The notes beneath the pieces were generated by a model that searched no databases, had not been told where the DNA came from, and saw only the letters and a list, made by a program, of their open reading frames with translations. The position numbers were made by a program, and so were the translations under genes. 64,000 nt of DNA, taken from an uncultured Bdellovibrionales bacterium. Lineage in GTDB: Bacteria > Patescibacteriota > Minisyncoccia > Moranbacterales > GWC2-37-73. Positions 6,996 to 17,400 of the stretch are shown in pieces. The stretch lies in NCBI GenBank assembly GCA_964500125.1, contig CAZCMV010000001.1, positions 54,119 to 118,118 on the forward strand, read 5' to 3'. Numbering within the stretch: position 1 is the first letter of the stretch; each line of letters starts with the position of its first letter.

Positions 6996-8660
6996 ATGAC
7001 TACAAATAAAACACAGGAAATCAAGTATTTCCTTTATGCGAGAAAATCTTCAGAAAGCGAAGACCGCCAGGTGCAATCAATCGACGACCAGGTTGGCAGA
7101 TTGGAGCGGTTAGCCAAGGAGAGAAACTTTCACATTAAGCACATTTACAAGGAATCAAAATCAGCGAAGAAACCAAACAATCGTCCCCTTTTTGATGAAA
7201 TGATGAAAAGAATTGAAAGCGGAGAGGTGGACGGAATTTTATGCTGGCACCTCAATCGTCTTTCCAGGAATCCGATAGACAGCGGGAAAATAAGCTGGCT
7301 CTTGCAACAAGGAGTTATCAAGTCGATTCAAACGATGGAAAAAGAATTTAGACCCGAAGACAATGTTTTGCTTTTTAGCGTTGAAAGTGGAATGGCAAAT
7401 CAATTTTGCCGAGAATTAAGCGTGAATGTAAAACGAGGCAATCAAAAGAAGCGAGAGGACGGCTGGAGACCTGGAATTGCACCCACAGGTTATTTAAACG
7501 ACCTAGCAACCCACACGATGCCCATAGACCCGTTGCGATTCAGATTGCTTCGCAAAGCGTGGGATTTGATACTTACTGGAAATTACACCGTGCCACAAGT
7601 TGCCGACAAACTTAATAACGAATGGGGATTCCGAACGATAAAGAAAAAACGACTTGGAGACAAGCCATTGGCATTAAGCGGGATGTATAAAATTTTCACC
7701 AATATCTTTTATGCAGGAATAATTGAACACAATGGAGTTCACTATCCAGGAAAACATAAGGCGATGATTACCTTGGATGAATTTGACCGTGCACAAATCA
7801 TACTTGGACACAAAGGGAAACCCAGACCCAAAAAACATCACTTCCCTTTCACAGGATTATTCCGTTGCCCTGAATGCGGTTGTATGTATACCGCTGAATT
7901 GAAAAAAGGGAAATATGTTTATTATCATTGCACACACAAAAATAAAAAAGTTAAATGTTCACAAAGAAAAGTTCTGGAGGAGAAAAAGCTCTTAGAACAA
8001 CTTGAATACGAACTTGGAAAATATACCATACCCCAAGAACTGCTCGCTTTGGCATTGGAAATAATCGAAAGCAGAAAGGAGACCAAAGCAGACGATGAAA
8101 AAATAATAGCCGAGACTCGCCAGCAAACTTTAGAGAAATTGAAAAACCAACAATCAAATCTCATAAGAATGCGAAGCAACGATATGATTGATGATGAACA
8201 ATTCAAAGTCCAAAGCGAACCGATAAAAAAAGAGATTGAGAGATTAAGTAATGAGCCTATGAGTGCCAAAGACCGAAAAGAAAAAACCCTAGAGCTAACT
8301 GAAAAAACTTTTGCCTTTTATGCTTACGCCCACAAAGCGTTTCTGACTGGCAATGATGAAACACGAAGAGAGCTTATATTTCATTTAGGTTCGAACCACG
8401 AAATAAAAGACAGAATAACCTCCATACAAGCCAAAGAATGGTTTTTGCCCGTAGCAAATAAGCGCAATGATATAAAGCGAGAATTTGAAAGGTTAGAACC
8501 GATGAAAAGTGGCTGTATAAAAGCAAAAAGCGGGCAATTAAGCCCACTTCTTAGCACTATGCACGGGGCTATGGACACGACTAGGAACAATATTTTGGAA
8601 AACTGGGACAGGATTGATGTCAGATTACAGCGCGCTCAAGCCTTATTACAGCGAATTTAA
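6996..8660 (+). CDS. Large serine recombinase A (resolvase + recombinase + zinc ribbon + coiled coil)
   Basis: YARKS catalytic motif, LNRLSRN, CPECG...HC...C zinc ribbon. Confidence 0.95.
   Translation: MTTNKTQEIKYFLYARKSSESEDRQVQSIDDQVGRLERLAKERNFHIKHIYKESKSAKKPNNRPLFDEMMKRIESGEVDGILCWHLNRLSRNPIDSGKISWLLQQGVIKSIQTMEKEFRPEDNVLLFSVESGMANQFCRELSVNVKRGNQKKREDGWRPGIAPTGYLNDLATHTMPIDPLRFRLLRKAWDLILTGNYTVPQVADKLNNEWGFRTIKKKRLGDKPLALSGMYKIFTNIFYAGIIEHNGVHYPGKHKAMITLDEFDRAQIILGHKGKPRPKKHHFPFTGLFRCPECGCMYTAELKKGKYVYYHCTHKNKKVKCSQRKVLEEKKLLEQLEYELGKYTIPQELLALALEIIESRKETKADDEKIIAETRQQTLEKLKNQQSNLIRMRSNDMIDDEQFKVQSEPIKKEIERLSNEPMSAKDRKEKTLELTEKTFAFYAYAHKAFLTGNDETRRELIFHLGSNHEIKDRITSIQAKEWFLPVANKRNDIKREFERLEPMKSGCIKAKSGQLSPLLSTMHGAMDTTRNNILENWDRIDVRLQRAQALLQRI
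8528..8588. other. att junction 4 between elements A and B, inside the LSR-A 3' end
   Basis: TATGCACGGGG 8558-8568 is identical to 21926-21936 at the tRNA-Trp 3' end; hairpin 8528-8549. Confidence 0.85.
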
Positions 8661-8809
8661 CTCTTGCGCATCTCATTAAATGACAAATATAAATTAGCGA
8701 GTGAATCTAGCCATTCATCAGCCGTTTCACTTGATACATTCAAGTCATGATTTGCCTTGAAATAAGCGATTAATCTAATCCTTAATTCTTCTGAATATTT
8801 ATATTGCAT
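8657..8809 (-). CDS. 50-aa small helical protein (MQYKYSEELRIRLIAYFKANHDLNVSSETADEWLDSLANLYLSFNEMRKS), below the ORF-track cutoff
   Basis: Translated by hand; resembles the 18056-18232 product. Confidence 0.65.
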   Translation of the reverse strand: MQYKYSEELRIRLIAYFKANHDLNVSSETADEWLDSLANLYLSFNEMRKS

Positions 8810-8814
8810 ATAGC

Positions 8815-9327
8815 TTATAACTTTTCATGATTAGTTCCACCTTTTAAATCATTACTAATCGCCTGCGCTAATTCTAGAAAGTTTCCACCCACTTGAATAT
8901 GTTGTATGGGCAGACTTATTGCTGAATATAATTCATCCACGAATTGATCACGATTTTTTCGTCTTGGGTCATTGTGTGATTTTCCATCCAATTCAATGGC
9001 AAGCAATGGTTTTGTTGTGGCATGATTGCACACAAGAAAATCAACATGGCGCGATTTGATTTTGCCACGAAGACCCCAATGACCATTACTGGATATATTC
9101 TTCTTGTCCACATCTACAAAGTCCTCAATGCGCACCTTAGACAATACAATATAAGCGTCTCCCAGCGCCTTCTGCAGATTAATGAATAATGCTTGCTCTG
9201 ATTCATTCATCACCCTGTCCTTCTTCTGATATGAAGACAAGCTCGTCAGTCTTTCCTTCTTCTCAATGAATGCCTTAGCAAGAGCAACAGCGACAATGAA
9301 GACGATTAAGATAATTGTCCAAGTCAT
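8815..9327 (-). CDS. DUF2726-family protein (membrane-anchored, Vsr-like nuclease fold)
   Basis: N-terminal TM; VMNESE, KVRIEDFV, HVDFLVC, AIELDGKSH, RDQF motifs. Confidence 0.85.
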   Translation of the reverse strand: MTWTIILIVFIVAVALAKAFIEKKERLTSLSSYQKKDRVMNESEQALFINLQKALGDAYIVLSKVRIEDFVDVDKKNISSNGHWGLRGKIKSRHVDFLVCNHATTKPLLAIELDGKSHNDPRRKNRDQFVDELYSAISLPIQHIQVGGNFLELAQAISNDLKGGTNHEKL

Positions 9328-9413
9328 GGTTTTATTATTATTGAATTATATTTAATGAAACACGAAAACAAATCAACCCCGCTGTTTATCATGCAATAGT
9401 TGAAGAAAAAATA

Positions 9414-10214
9414 TTACTTTCCAGAAACATTATTTTCATAAACAAATACTGCACCATTTTTTTCAACAACATCCTTAACACATCGCATCCTTTCAATGAA
9501 ATTATCATCTGATTCATTTAAACTTTTCTTACAATCGTCACTCCATTTTTCCAACAAAAGAAGCCCTGCATGATGTAAAATTTTTTCAAAATCATCCGAA
9601 GAAAGAATTTGCACTTTATTGTTAATTGCATTAGTAATCTTTTCACTTTCCTTGTCATACAATGGAACTAATCCAATTTTGTTAACAGAGAAGAAATGTG
9701 TCAGTGAATTCCTTAAATCACGCAGATTTTTTGCACTTATTTTTCCTGCTCTTTTTGGGTTCTCCATTATCCACTTATTCTCCCTGCATAGGCAAAATTC
9801 GTTTATAAATTGATCCATCGCACCATCCGAAGCATCTCTGAGTTCCGCACTATCGCTCGTTTTTTTCTGATATGCAGTATGAAGACAACGAAGTGTCTCA
9901 AGATGAGCGAAAAGTACAATAAACTCCGACCTAACAGGACGAGGGAAATGGAACTTATCGGCTAACGTTTCCGGATTTTCAGAGAGTGTAAAGTTTAAAT
10001 CGTCCGGCGGATTCATTTTTGACATAAGAGCCAATAGTTCTCTGCATTGTCTTTTTATATCTTTCAGTCTTTTCTTATAGCCCATTAACTCATTAACTTC
10101 TGCTTCAATCTGAATTAAAAAACGAAAGACAACCCCAAATTCTGGATGAATATCAATTCTGTTTTGAACCTTATCCATAATCACAAATGGCATATTTTCT
10201 ATATTCTTGTTCAT
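9414..10214 (-). CDS. Hypothetical protein with HEPN-like motif
   Basis: LRDLRNSLTH (R-x4-H). Confidence 0.55.
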   Translation of the reverse strand: MNKNIENMPFVIMDKVQNRIDIHPEFGVVFRFLIQIEAEVNELMGYKKRLKDIKRQCRELLALMSKMNPPDDLNFTLSENPETLADKFHFPRPVRSEFIVLFAHLETLRCLHTAYQKKTSDSAELRDASDGAMDQFINEFCLCRENKWIMENPKRAGKISAKNLRDLRNSLTHFFSVNKIGLVPLYDKESEKITNAINNKVQILSSDDFEKILHHAGLLLLEKWSDDCKKSLNESDDNFIERMRCVKDVVEKNGAVFVYENNVSGK

Positions 10215-10828
10215 ATTGAAAAAGTTGTATTTTCAATGGTATCACCGACAATAAGTGAAAAGCTTTTGGTGGATGACACACCATTTTGAGTATTTACAGT
10301 AATTGTTATCTTGTATTTTCCACGCTCAAGTTTATGACTAGGATTTTTCCAGTCATAAACATATGATTCATTATTCCAACCATATGCCTCCTTGTCTTTT
10401 TCGTATTTTGTAATCACATCTAAAAATTCCTGATTACCGGCTAAAATTGTGACAGGATCCGGTTCAAAAAGTCTCAAAATGGCGTTGTCCTTTAAAAATG
10501 GTAGCTCTGGCGTTGACGCCCAGCGCCCCTTGAACGAAAGGTGTGTTTTATTATCAACTCCAGAAATATTTATCATTGCCCTGCAATTTTCAGCAGTTTG
10601 ACGAACAAGCCATGTTAATAAAAATGGCATTCTCTGATTAACGACAGCAACTCTGAAAAATTTCCATCGTTGACCAGAATGAGAACTGCTATTTTGATAA
10701 GTATTATCAGAATGAGCTTCTTCTGTAACTAAAATTTCAATCGCAGGCATCCTCATCCGATCAAACCACAATGCAAGCAAAATTCCAAAAAAAGTTGTAG
10801 CGATCGATAAAATTATATTTTCAAGCAT
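10211..10828 (-). CDS. Hypothetical protein with N-terminal TM and beta-rich body
   Basis: 205 aa ORF tightly coupled to the MTase and the HEPN-like gene. Confidence 0.65.
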   Translation of the reverse strand: MLENIILSIATTFFGILLALWFDRMRMPAIEILVTEEAHSDNTYQNSSSHSGQRWKFFRVAVVNQRMPFLLTWLVRQTAENCRAMINISGVDNKTHLSFKGRWASTPELPFLKDNAILRLFEPDPVTILAGNQEFLDVITKYEKDKEAYGWNNESYVYDWKNPSHKLERGKYKITITVNTQNGVSSTKSFSLIVGDTIENTTFSI

Positions 10829-10830
10829 AT

Positions 10831-13800
10831 TTATTTAATGCAATTATTTACTACCTCAACCTCTTCCATTGTAAGTCCGTAAAATCCAAAGATGAGCTTA
10901 TCAATTTGTAATTCAAATTCTCTAATATCGGAGCCATCATTCTCCCTCTTAATATCTAAAATGCGCTCGACAATACTTATAACTTCTTCCTGTTCTTTTT
11001 TATTGCCAATAAAAATAGGTATTTCAATAATTGGATCCTTGTCAATTTGATAATTATTACCCTGCATCTTTCCTTTATTGTGAAGCCAAAAAGCAATTAG
11101 TTTAGAATTCAATATTCCAGTTAAATACTTTTGATTAATTCTACTTGTTTTTATAGAAAAAAATGCCCTAGAAACATAACAAGGAAAATCCGTGTAGGTA
11201 AATGTTGGACATGCACATTTTCTAACGGACATTATTTTTTCTCCTTGAAAAAAAGATTCTTTCCTTGGTCTATTTAAACCATAAGGTCCATTCTCAGATG
11301 TAATAATATCCTTAAATTTATCTAGATGCTTTTTTACCTCAGGATAATCATTGATTTTATCAGCTTTTTTAAATGATGAATCCGTATAGATGATCCAGAA
11401 CTTATTTTTTTTATTTCCAAAAATACCCTTTAATTCTTTTGTTGTATAATATGGTTTTAATAATTTATTTTCTTTTTCTGACAACTTAATGTTTTCTTTT
11501 TCATTATTTGAAAGAACAAATATACCATCTCCTATTTTAAAATTATTGCCAATTTCTTTTAAGGATTTTTTATTTACAAAATCCTGAAGAACATCAATTC
11601 CAGACATTAACTCACTTTTACCATCAATGAAAAACTTACCCTTTTCTGAAATCTTATTCAATATATTATTATCCTGAAGACTGCTAAAGACAAAGGTTTT
11701 ATTCTCGAAATAAGAACGATTGAAATTAGGATTAAGGTAGCAAAACTTATCATCCTTAACTTTATTTAATATTTTATTTACACAATTCAATGAAATTTTA
11801 TCATCAATTATTTTTCTATAATCAAATTGATACTCATTTAAACTATTATTTCGCTGAAGCAACATTATCATTGTTTGAATATCAGCACTTTCAAAAATTT
11901 TATAATTACCAAAATCAATAAAAGAAATCATTTTGGCATCTTTTGCGATCTTTAATCTAAGCTTAGAGGCCCCCGCATTTGTAACCCAATTATTAGAAGC
12001 AATAAAAGCAAGCACGCCAGTATTGGTCTTAAGTAAATCAATGAAAGTACAGGCAAAAAGATACCACAAATCCATTTTCCCTTGATAATACTGACTTTCA
12101 CGAAGTCCATCGAAAGCAGATTTATCTGTATGCTCTTTAATATAAGGTGGGTTCCCAATAACTACATCAAAACCACCCTTCTCTCTGAAAACGTCACTAA
12201 ACTCAAGCTTCCAAATAAAAAATGGACGGATATTCTTACGCCTAAGTTCTTTTATTTCCTCAAGCTTTTCCGTTTTACCCTGTTCTGCCAGTGTAATCTC
12301 AATCAGTTCCCACTTTAAATTATCAATCTCTTCTTTCAATTCTTGCTTATGTGTTCTTCGTGATTCACTTATGTATTGTTCAATTTTATTATGCAGAAGC
12401 TTAGTTTTCTCTTCTGCAATTCTCCTTTTTTCTGGAATTCCAAAAAGATTATTACTACTCGTATCAGAATTTTCAGATCCCTTGGAAAATAATTTAAGTC
12501 TTGATTGTAATGATTTTATTTCCCTCTCAATTTCCATCTTTCTAATTACTGTCAACTTGCCCTTATAATGCAGATCAAAATACTCCCGTTGAAATTTAGA
12601 AATTTCATCATTGACTTCTACTTTTTCTTTTTCTAAAGATTGCGCACTTTCAAGTATTGAATCATCAAATAATTTAATGCCTTCATATTCGGAAATAAGA
12701 CTATTACCTTGCATTATTTTATGCTCGAGATTTGGCAAGGGGTGCGGAATGTTTTCATCAACAACCAATGACAGCCAGAGGCGAAGCTTAGCGATTTCAA
12801 CCGCACCAGGATCAAGATCAACACCATAAATGGAATGGGAGATAGTGTGAAGTTTTAATTCATAATCAGAAATATTATCATCAAGATATATATTTAAGAC
12901 CTTTCTAGCTCTAACTATCTCATTAATCATGCCAAGCGGAAATGCGCCCGAACCAACAGCAGGATCAGCAATTTTTATATTTTCTAAGAGCTGATCTAAC
13001 AAAATTGCTTTTGATCTAATAGAGCCAGGCAGAAGTAATTCATATTTACCTCTATATTCAAAACCGCTAATTTCCTTTTCCCTTATCTTTTCTAGAGCAA
13101 CTTTGTCATTATCAATGATTCTATCTCCCCTACGTATAAGCAACTCTAAATCCTGCCTTGCAATATCAGTGCCGACTTCAGCTTCCAAATAGTTAATAAG
13201 ACTTTCTTGGCACATATAATGTACAATTTCACGAGGAGTGTAAAAAGCGCCCTTGCTTTTTCTATCTTTGATATCAAGCAAGTTTTCAAAAACTTTTCCA
13301 AGCATTTCAGGATCAACCGCAACCTCTTTTTCTAAAGGCTCATTTTCATTTACAGTAAAATTATATCTATCAAAAATATCAAAAATACCATCTCCGATAT
13401 CCCCTTCTTTGGTTCTATTATTATTAGAAAAAAGATCGTCAGGAAGAACAATGTTGGTGGTTTCCCATTTATATCCATTCATTGGTTCAAATAATCCACC
13501 ATTTAAAAATGGCATCCTGCAATTATTTAATCTAGGATAAATCGATTCCTTGCCACGATCTTGTGCAAGAGCTTCGTAAAATAATGGCTCCAAAACATCA
13601 TTAAAGAAATTTTTACCATATTTTTTTCGGCGTTCGAATAGTTCGCGTATGAATTTCTTAGGTCCCTCGCCCCATTTTTTTTCAGGCGAAACACCAAACC
13701 AGCCTTTTTTTTGTAAAAAATAAAGGAAGACAATTTGCCCTAAAGTTTTTTTTGCAAAATCAACCGTTGAAATTTCCTTTTCTTCAAATTCTTTTTTTAT

Positions 13801-14445
13801 CTTTTCATCATTAAGAAGAACAGCATCCAAACATTCCTTGAGATGAAAATATAACTCGGTATATTTACTAAAAAATTCTTTTGTTATTACTTCAATATCA
13901 AAAGCAAGTTCCAATTCTGAAAGATTTGGATTTTCATTACTTATAAGCAGATTCATAAATCTACTTTGTGCTGTATGACTACCTTCATTTTCACCAACCA
14001 AAAATGACCATCTCCGAGCAGGGGTTATTTCTGCCTTGGTTTTTAATTTTTCATTTACAACCTCCAAGGAATGTTCCAATTTTACAAGTGAAAGACGCCA
14101 ATCTCTATTTCCAGGAGAAACAAACGCTACCAAAGCTGCTTCCTTGTTATTTGTCTTAAGATACTCGGCTACAAAATTTCGTTGAGCTGTTCTAGCTCTC
14201 TCAAGAGTTGAATTTTTGTTAAGAGCAACTTCCAATATGTCTATTTTATTCCCAAAGCAATCCTCAAAATATCCAATTACCTTATATTTAAGAATAAATG
14301 GAAGAAATGAATGTTTTATGATCGGCTCAAAACCACTCGACTTATACTCCTTAAAAAGATTTCTAACGAAAAGTAGGAAGTTATTTTCATCAAACTTATC
14401 ATTAAACGCAGATGCAATAATTTTTTTTGCTTCTTCCTTTGTCAT
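10831..14445 (-). CDS. Eco57I/type IIG-like N6-adenine DNA methyltransferase with TaqI-C-like specificity domain
   Basis: FLNGGLF, GAFYTP, DPAVGSGAF (motif I), VIGNPPY (motif IV), LTGILNSKL. Confidence 0.9.
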   Translation of the reverse strand: MTKEEAKKIIASAFNDKFDENNFLLFVRNLFKEYKSSGFEPIIKHSFLPFILKYKVIGYFEDCFGNKIDILEVALNKNSTLERARTAQRNFVAEYLKTNNKEAALVAFVSPGNRDWRLSLVKLEHSLEVVNEKLKTKAEITPARRWSFLVGENEGSHTAQSRFMNLLISNENPNLSELELAFDIEVITKEFFSKYTELYFHLKECLDAVLLNDEKIKKEFEEKEISTVDFAKKTLGQIVFLYFLQKKGWFGVSPEKKWGEGPKKFIRELFERRKKYGKNFFNDVLEPLFYEALAQDRGKESIYPRLNNCRMPFLNGGLFEPMNGYKWETTNIVLPDDLFSNNNRTKEGDIGDGIFDIFDRYNFTVNENEPLEKEVAVDPEMLGKVFENLLDIKDRKSKGAFYTPREIVHYMCQESLINYLEAEVGTDIARQDLELLIRRGDRIIDNDKVALEKIREKEISGFEYRGKYELLLPGSIRSKAILLDQLLENIKIADPAVGSGAFPLGMINEIVRARKVLNIYLDDNISDYELKLHTISHSIYGVDLDPGAVEIAKLRLWLSLVVDENIPHPLPNLEHKIMQGNSLISEYEGIKLFDDSILESAQSLEKEKVEVNDEISKFQREYFDLHYKGKLTVIRKMEIEREIKSLQSRLKLFSKGSENSDTSSNNLFGIPEKRRIAEEKTKLLHNKIEQYISESRRTHKQELKEEIDNLKWELIEITLAEQGKTEKLEEIKELRRKNIRPFFIWKLEFSDVFREKGGFDVVIGNPPYIKEHTDKSAFDGLRESQYYQGKMDLWYLFACTFIDLLKTNTGVLAFIASNNWVTNAGASKLRLKIAKDAKMISFIDFGNYKIFESADIQTMIMLLQRNNSLNEYQFDYRKIIDDKISLNCVNKILNKVKDDKFCYLNPNFNRSYFENKTFVFSSLQDNNILNKISEKGKFFIDGKSELMSGIDVLQDFVNKKSLKEIGNNFKIGDGIFVLSNNEKENIKLSEKENKLLKPYYTTKELKGIFGNKKNKFWIIYTDSSFKKADKINDYPEVKKHLDKFKDIITSENGPYGLNRPRKESFFQGEKIMSVRKCACPTFTYTDFPCYVSRAFFSIKTSRINQKYLTGILNSKLIAFWLHNKGKMQGNNYQIDKDPIIEIPIFIGNKKEQEEVISIVERILDIKRENDGSDIREFELQIDKLIFGFYGLTMEEVEVVNNCIK

Positions 14446-14447
14446 AT

Positions 14448-17400
14448 CTAGTTGATATTAAAATATTCAGAAAGTATAATCTCCTTTTTTGCAGATACAC
14501 CATCATTTTGCTCGTTTTGATTTGGCATCAAGAAATCAGCAGGAAGAGTGGTTTTTAAGATTGCCAGAAGTTTAATTGGGTTCGCAATAATTTCTGGCAT
14601 TTCCTGAATTTTATTATAAATTGTTTGAGATATTTTCTTTGGAATTCCACCAGTGTTAAGCTCCTCAATAACTTGTCTAATATAAGATTCATCATCCTCT
14701 GTAAAGCCCTTAAAATTTCTAATTTCTTTTGCGCTCAAAAGCTTGTGAAGACGTGCGGCATTATCCCTACTTCCACGCTTAGATGAAAATTCTTCCTCCT
14801 CATTCTCGCCAACATTTTTCAACATTTCCAAATTCTTATCAAGCAATTCATAGAATAGTTTATCTTGTTTGTTTTTTTTCTCATCTGGCTGAGCCGATAG
14901 TGTTTTTGCCGCTTCCGTAAAATCAATCTCGGAAGAAACTGAGACTGCACCATTTTCCACAATGAAAAACTTTTGTAATTTTCCTTTTCTGAAATATGTT
15001 AGTAATTTAACAATACTATCTTTTGATTCACGAACTGTTCTTGCCTTCTTTGGAAGTCTTTTTATTTTTTCAAATAATTCAGGATTTTCATCCCTTATCC
15101 TTCTGATCTCTTGCAAATACCCAAGCTCACTTTCTCCCTCATCCATCTCACCCTCAATCATTTCTTTTGATAAGATTTGACTGAAAAGGCTGTGCCCTTC
15201 TGGGACTTCACTTTCAGTTAGAAGTTTTGCGTCAGCACCAAGCAATGTGATGAATGCTTGAATTTTAGCTTCTGCCATTTCTTTTAATTTAATCTGCTCA
15301 TTTGATTGGTCTGTTGGAAAAAAAGTATATGTATAAATTTTGTCATGTTTTGCATCGACTCTGTTTATGCGACCGACTCGTTGCATTATACGTGTAGGAT
15401 TCCATGGAATATCATAATTTATAACGACATTCGCCTGATGTAAATTAGCACCTTCAGACAAAACATCTGTTGTTATCAGAAGCGTGAAATCATTCTTAAT
15501 ATTTTTTGCATTTGCATCAAAATTCTCCATCACTATTTCTCGTTCCGCCTGTGAACTCTCTCCTGAAAAATACAGGATTTTATCTGGAAAAATATCTTGC
15601 AAATTCTTCACCAAATATTGTGCTGTTTCTTTTGATTCGGTAAATATTATAGACTTTCCAATTTTTACAGGCTCCTCAATGGCAAGCTTTTCCTTAAATG
15701 CTATGATTTTAGGATCGCGATCGATACCTTTCCATAATTCCTGAATATCTTTCAGGATATTCAAATCATTATTAAGATCAACAATAAAGTTTTCATTAAA
15801 TTCATCACTAGAAAATTTCTCCGCTTTGCCATTCGCAATAAGCTGATCAATAGCATCCAAATTATCGTTCTCTAAATAATCAAATATTTTTTGAATATTT
15901 TTTTTGCTCACATATACATTGCCAGAATTGAACTCATTTATAAATTTTTCATATGACGCAACAAAGCGATTTATCGATTGACTAAATGCAAAAAAACTAC
16001 TTTCTAATCTTTTAATCAAAAGCATTCTCATGAATTTCATCATGTTCTTTTGTTGTTGCTCCTCTGAACTCAAAAGCCCCTTATGATAAAGTAACGGCGT
16101 ATAGCGAGAATACTTGAAATCATTGGTTATAATCTTAATTGTCTCAAAAAAAACATTGTCTTCTTTTTCATTGAATTCATAAAAAATCGGCTCTGGATTG
16201 GCAATTTCAGGAAAACTCATTTTTTGTTTTTTCAAATCATCTCCGTAATATTTTGTGATTTCCGTTCTGGTGCGTCTAACCATTAAATATTTCAATACGC
16301 GCTCTCTAATCAATTTAGAGTTTTCTTTTGTAATGGAAATATATTCTTGTTTATCTTTTTGCCTGTCGAGCCCTTTAAGTTTTTTCTCTAAATTCTTAAA
16401 AAACCCCTCAAGATCAGGAAGACTTGGAATTGTACTTTTTCTTGAGCGCTGAAAAAGTTTAATCTGTGCTAACAAATCAGATGGCGAATTATTATATGGT
16501 GTAGCTGTCACCAAGATAACTTTTTTGCCCCTGCAAATCTGCGCAAGCTTTGCATAGGTATCAGTTTCCTCTGTTCTGAATCGATGCGCTTCATCAATAA
16601 GAACAACATCAAAATCCTTCTGCAAGTCCTTTTTTATTATCTTATCCAAAATCCCAATCGACATGCATTTGTAATCTTTTGCTCGAAATCCAAAATTGCG
16701 AAAAGCGTTTTCCCAGCTTCCCTCATTGCTCTCGCTAATCAAGTGTGGTGGCGCCAAAACCAATGTCCTGCCCTTTAACTCCTGACAAAGCATTGTGCCC
16801 ATGAAGGTTTTACCAAGACCCACAACATCCGAAAGAAAAACACCACCATATTCCTCCACAATTTTTCGAGCGTTAATAACAGCATGATCCTGATATTTTA
16901 ACTCCTTAAAATTGTGCGGACGGAAATTGTGCTCCAATGATTGGCTCTCATTAATCTCTTCCTTAAAATATTCATACAGAAATTTTAGATAGAGCTCGTA
17001 TGGAGTGATATCTTCGCGAAGCCATGTATCTTTTTTTATCGTTTCTAGATATTTTTCACTCACATCAACTCCTTTTTCCCATAACTCTTCAAATTTAGAC
17101 TTGGCAAATTCATAATCAGAAGGATTCTTAAGCTCAACATTAAATTCCAAATTATCCACCAAGCCACTTTGTGTAAAATTGCTTGAGCCAGTAATAACAC
17201 GACCAAGATCCCGATCATCTTCATCGAATGTCATTATGTACAATTTGGAATGAATCTTTTCTTCAGGATAAGCTCGGATTTCTAATTTATCACTAGACAG
17301 CCATTCAATAAATTTCAACACCCCTTCTTCTACTTTTACATTGTTTTCACAATCTTCCATTTCTTTTTTTACCTCCTCACCAATCTGTTCTCCTATTTCC

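Larger units (their letters stand above)
1254..8560. mobile_element. Integrative element A (LSR, HTH replication protein, regulator, HEPN cargo)
   Basis: Bounded by TGCACG cores at 1253 and 8560; LSR at the right end; cargo on the opposite strand. Confidence 0.8.
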
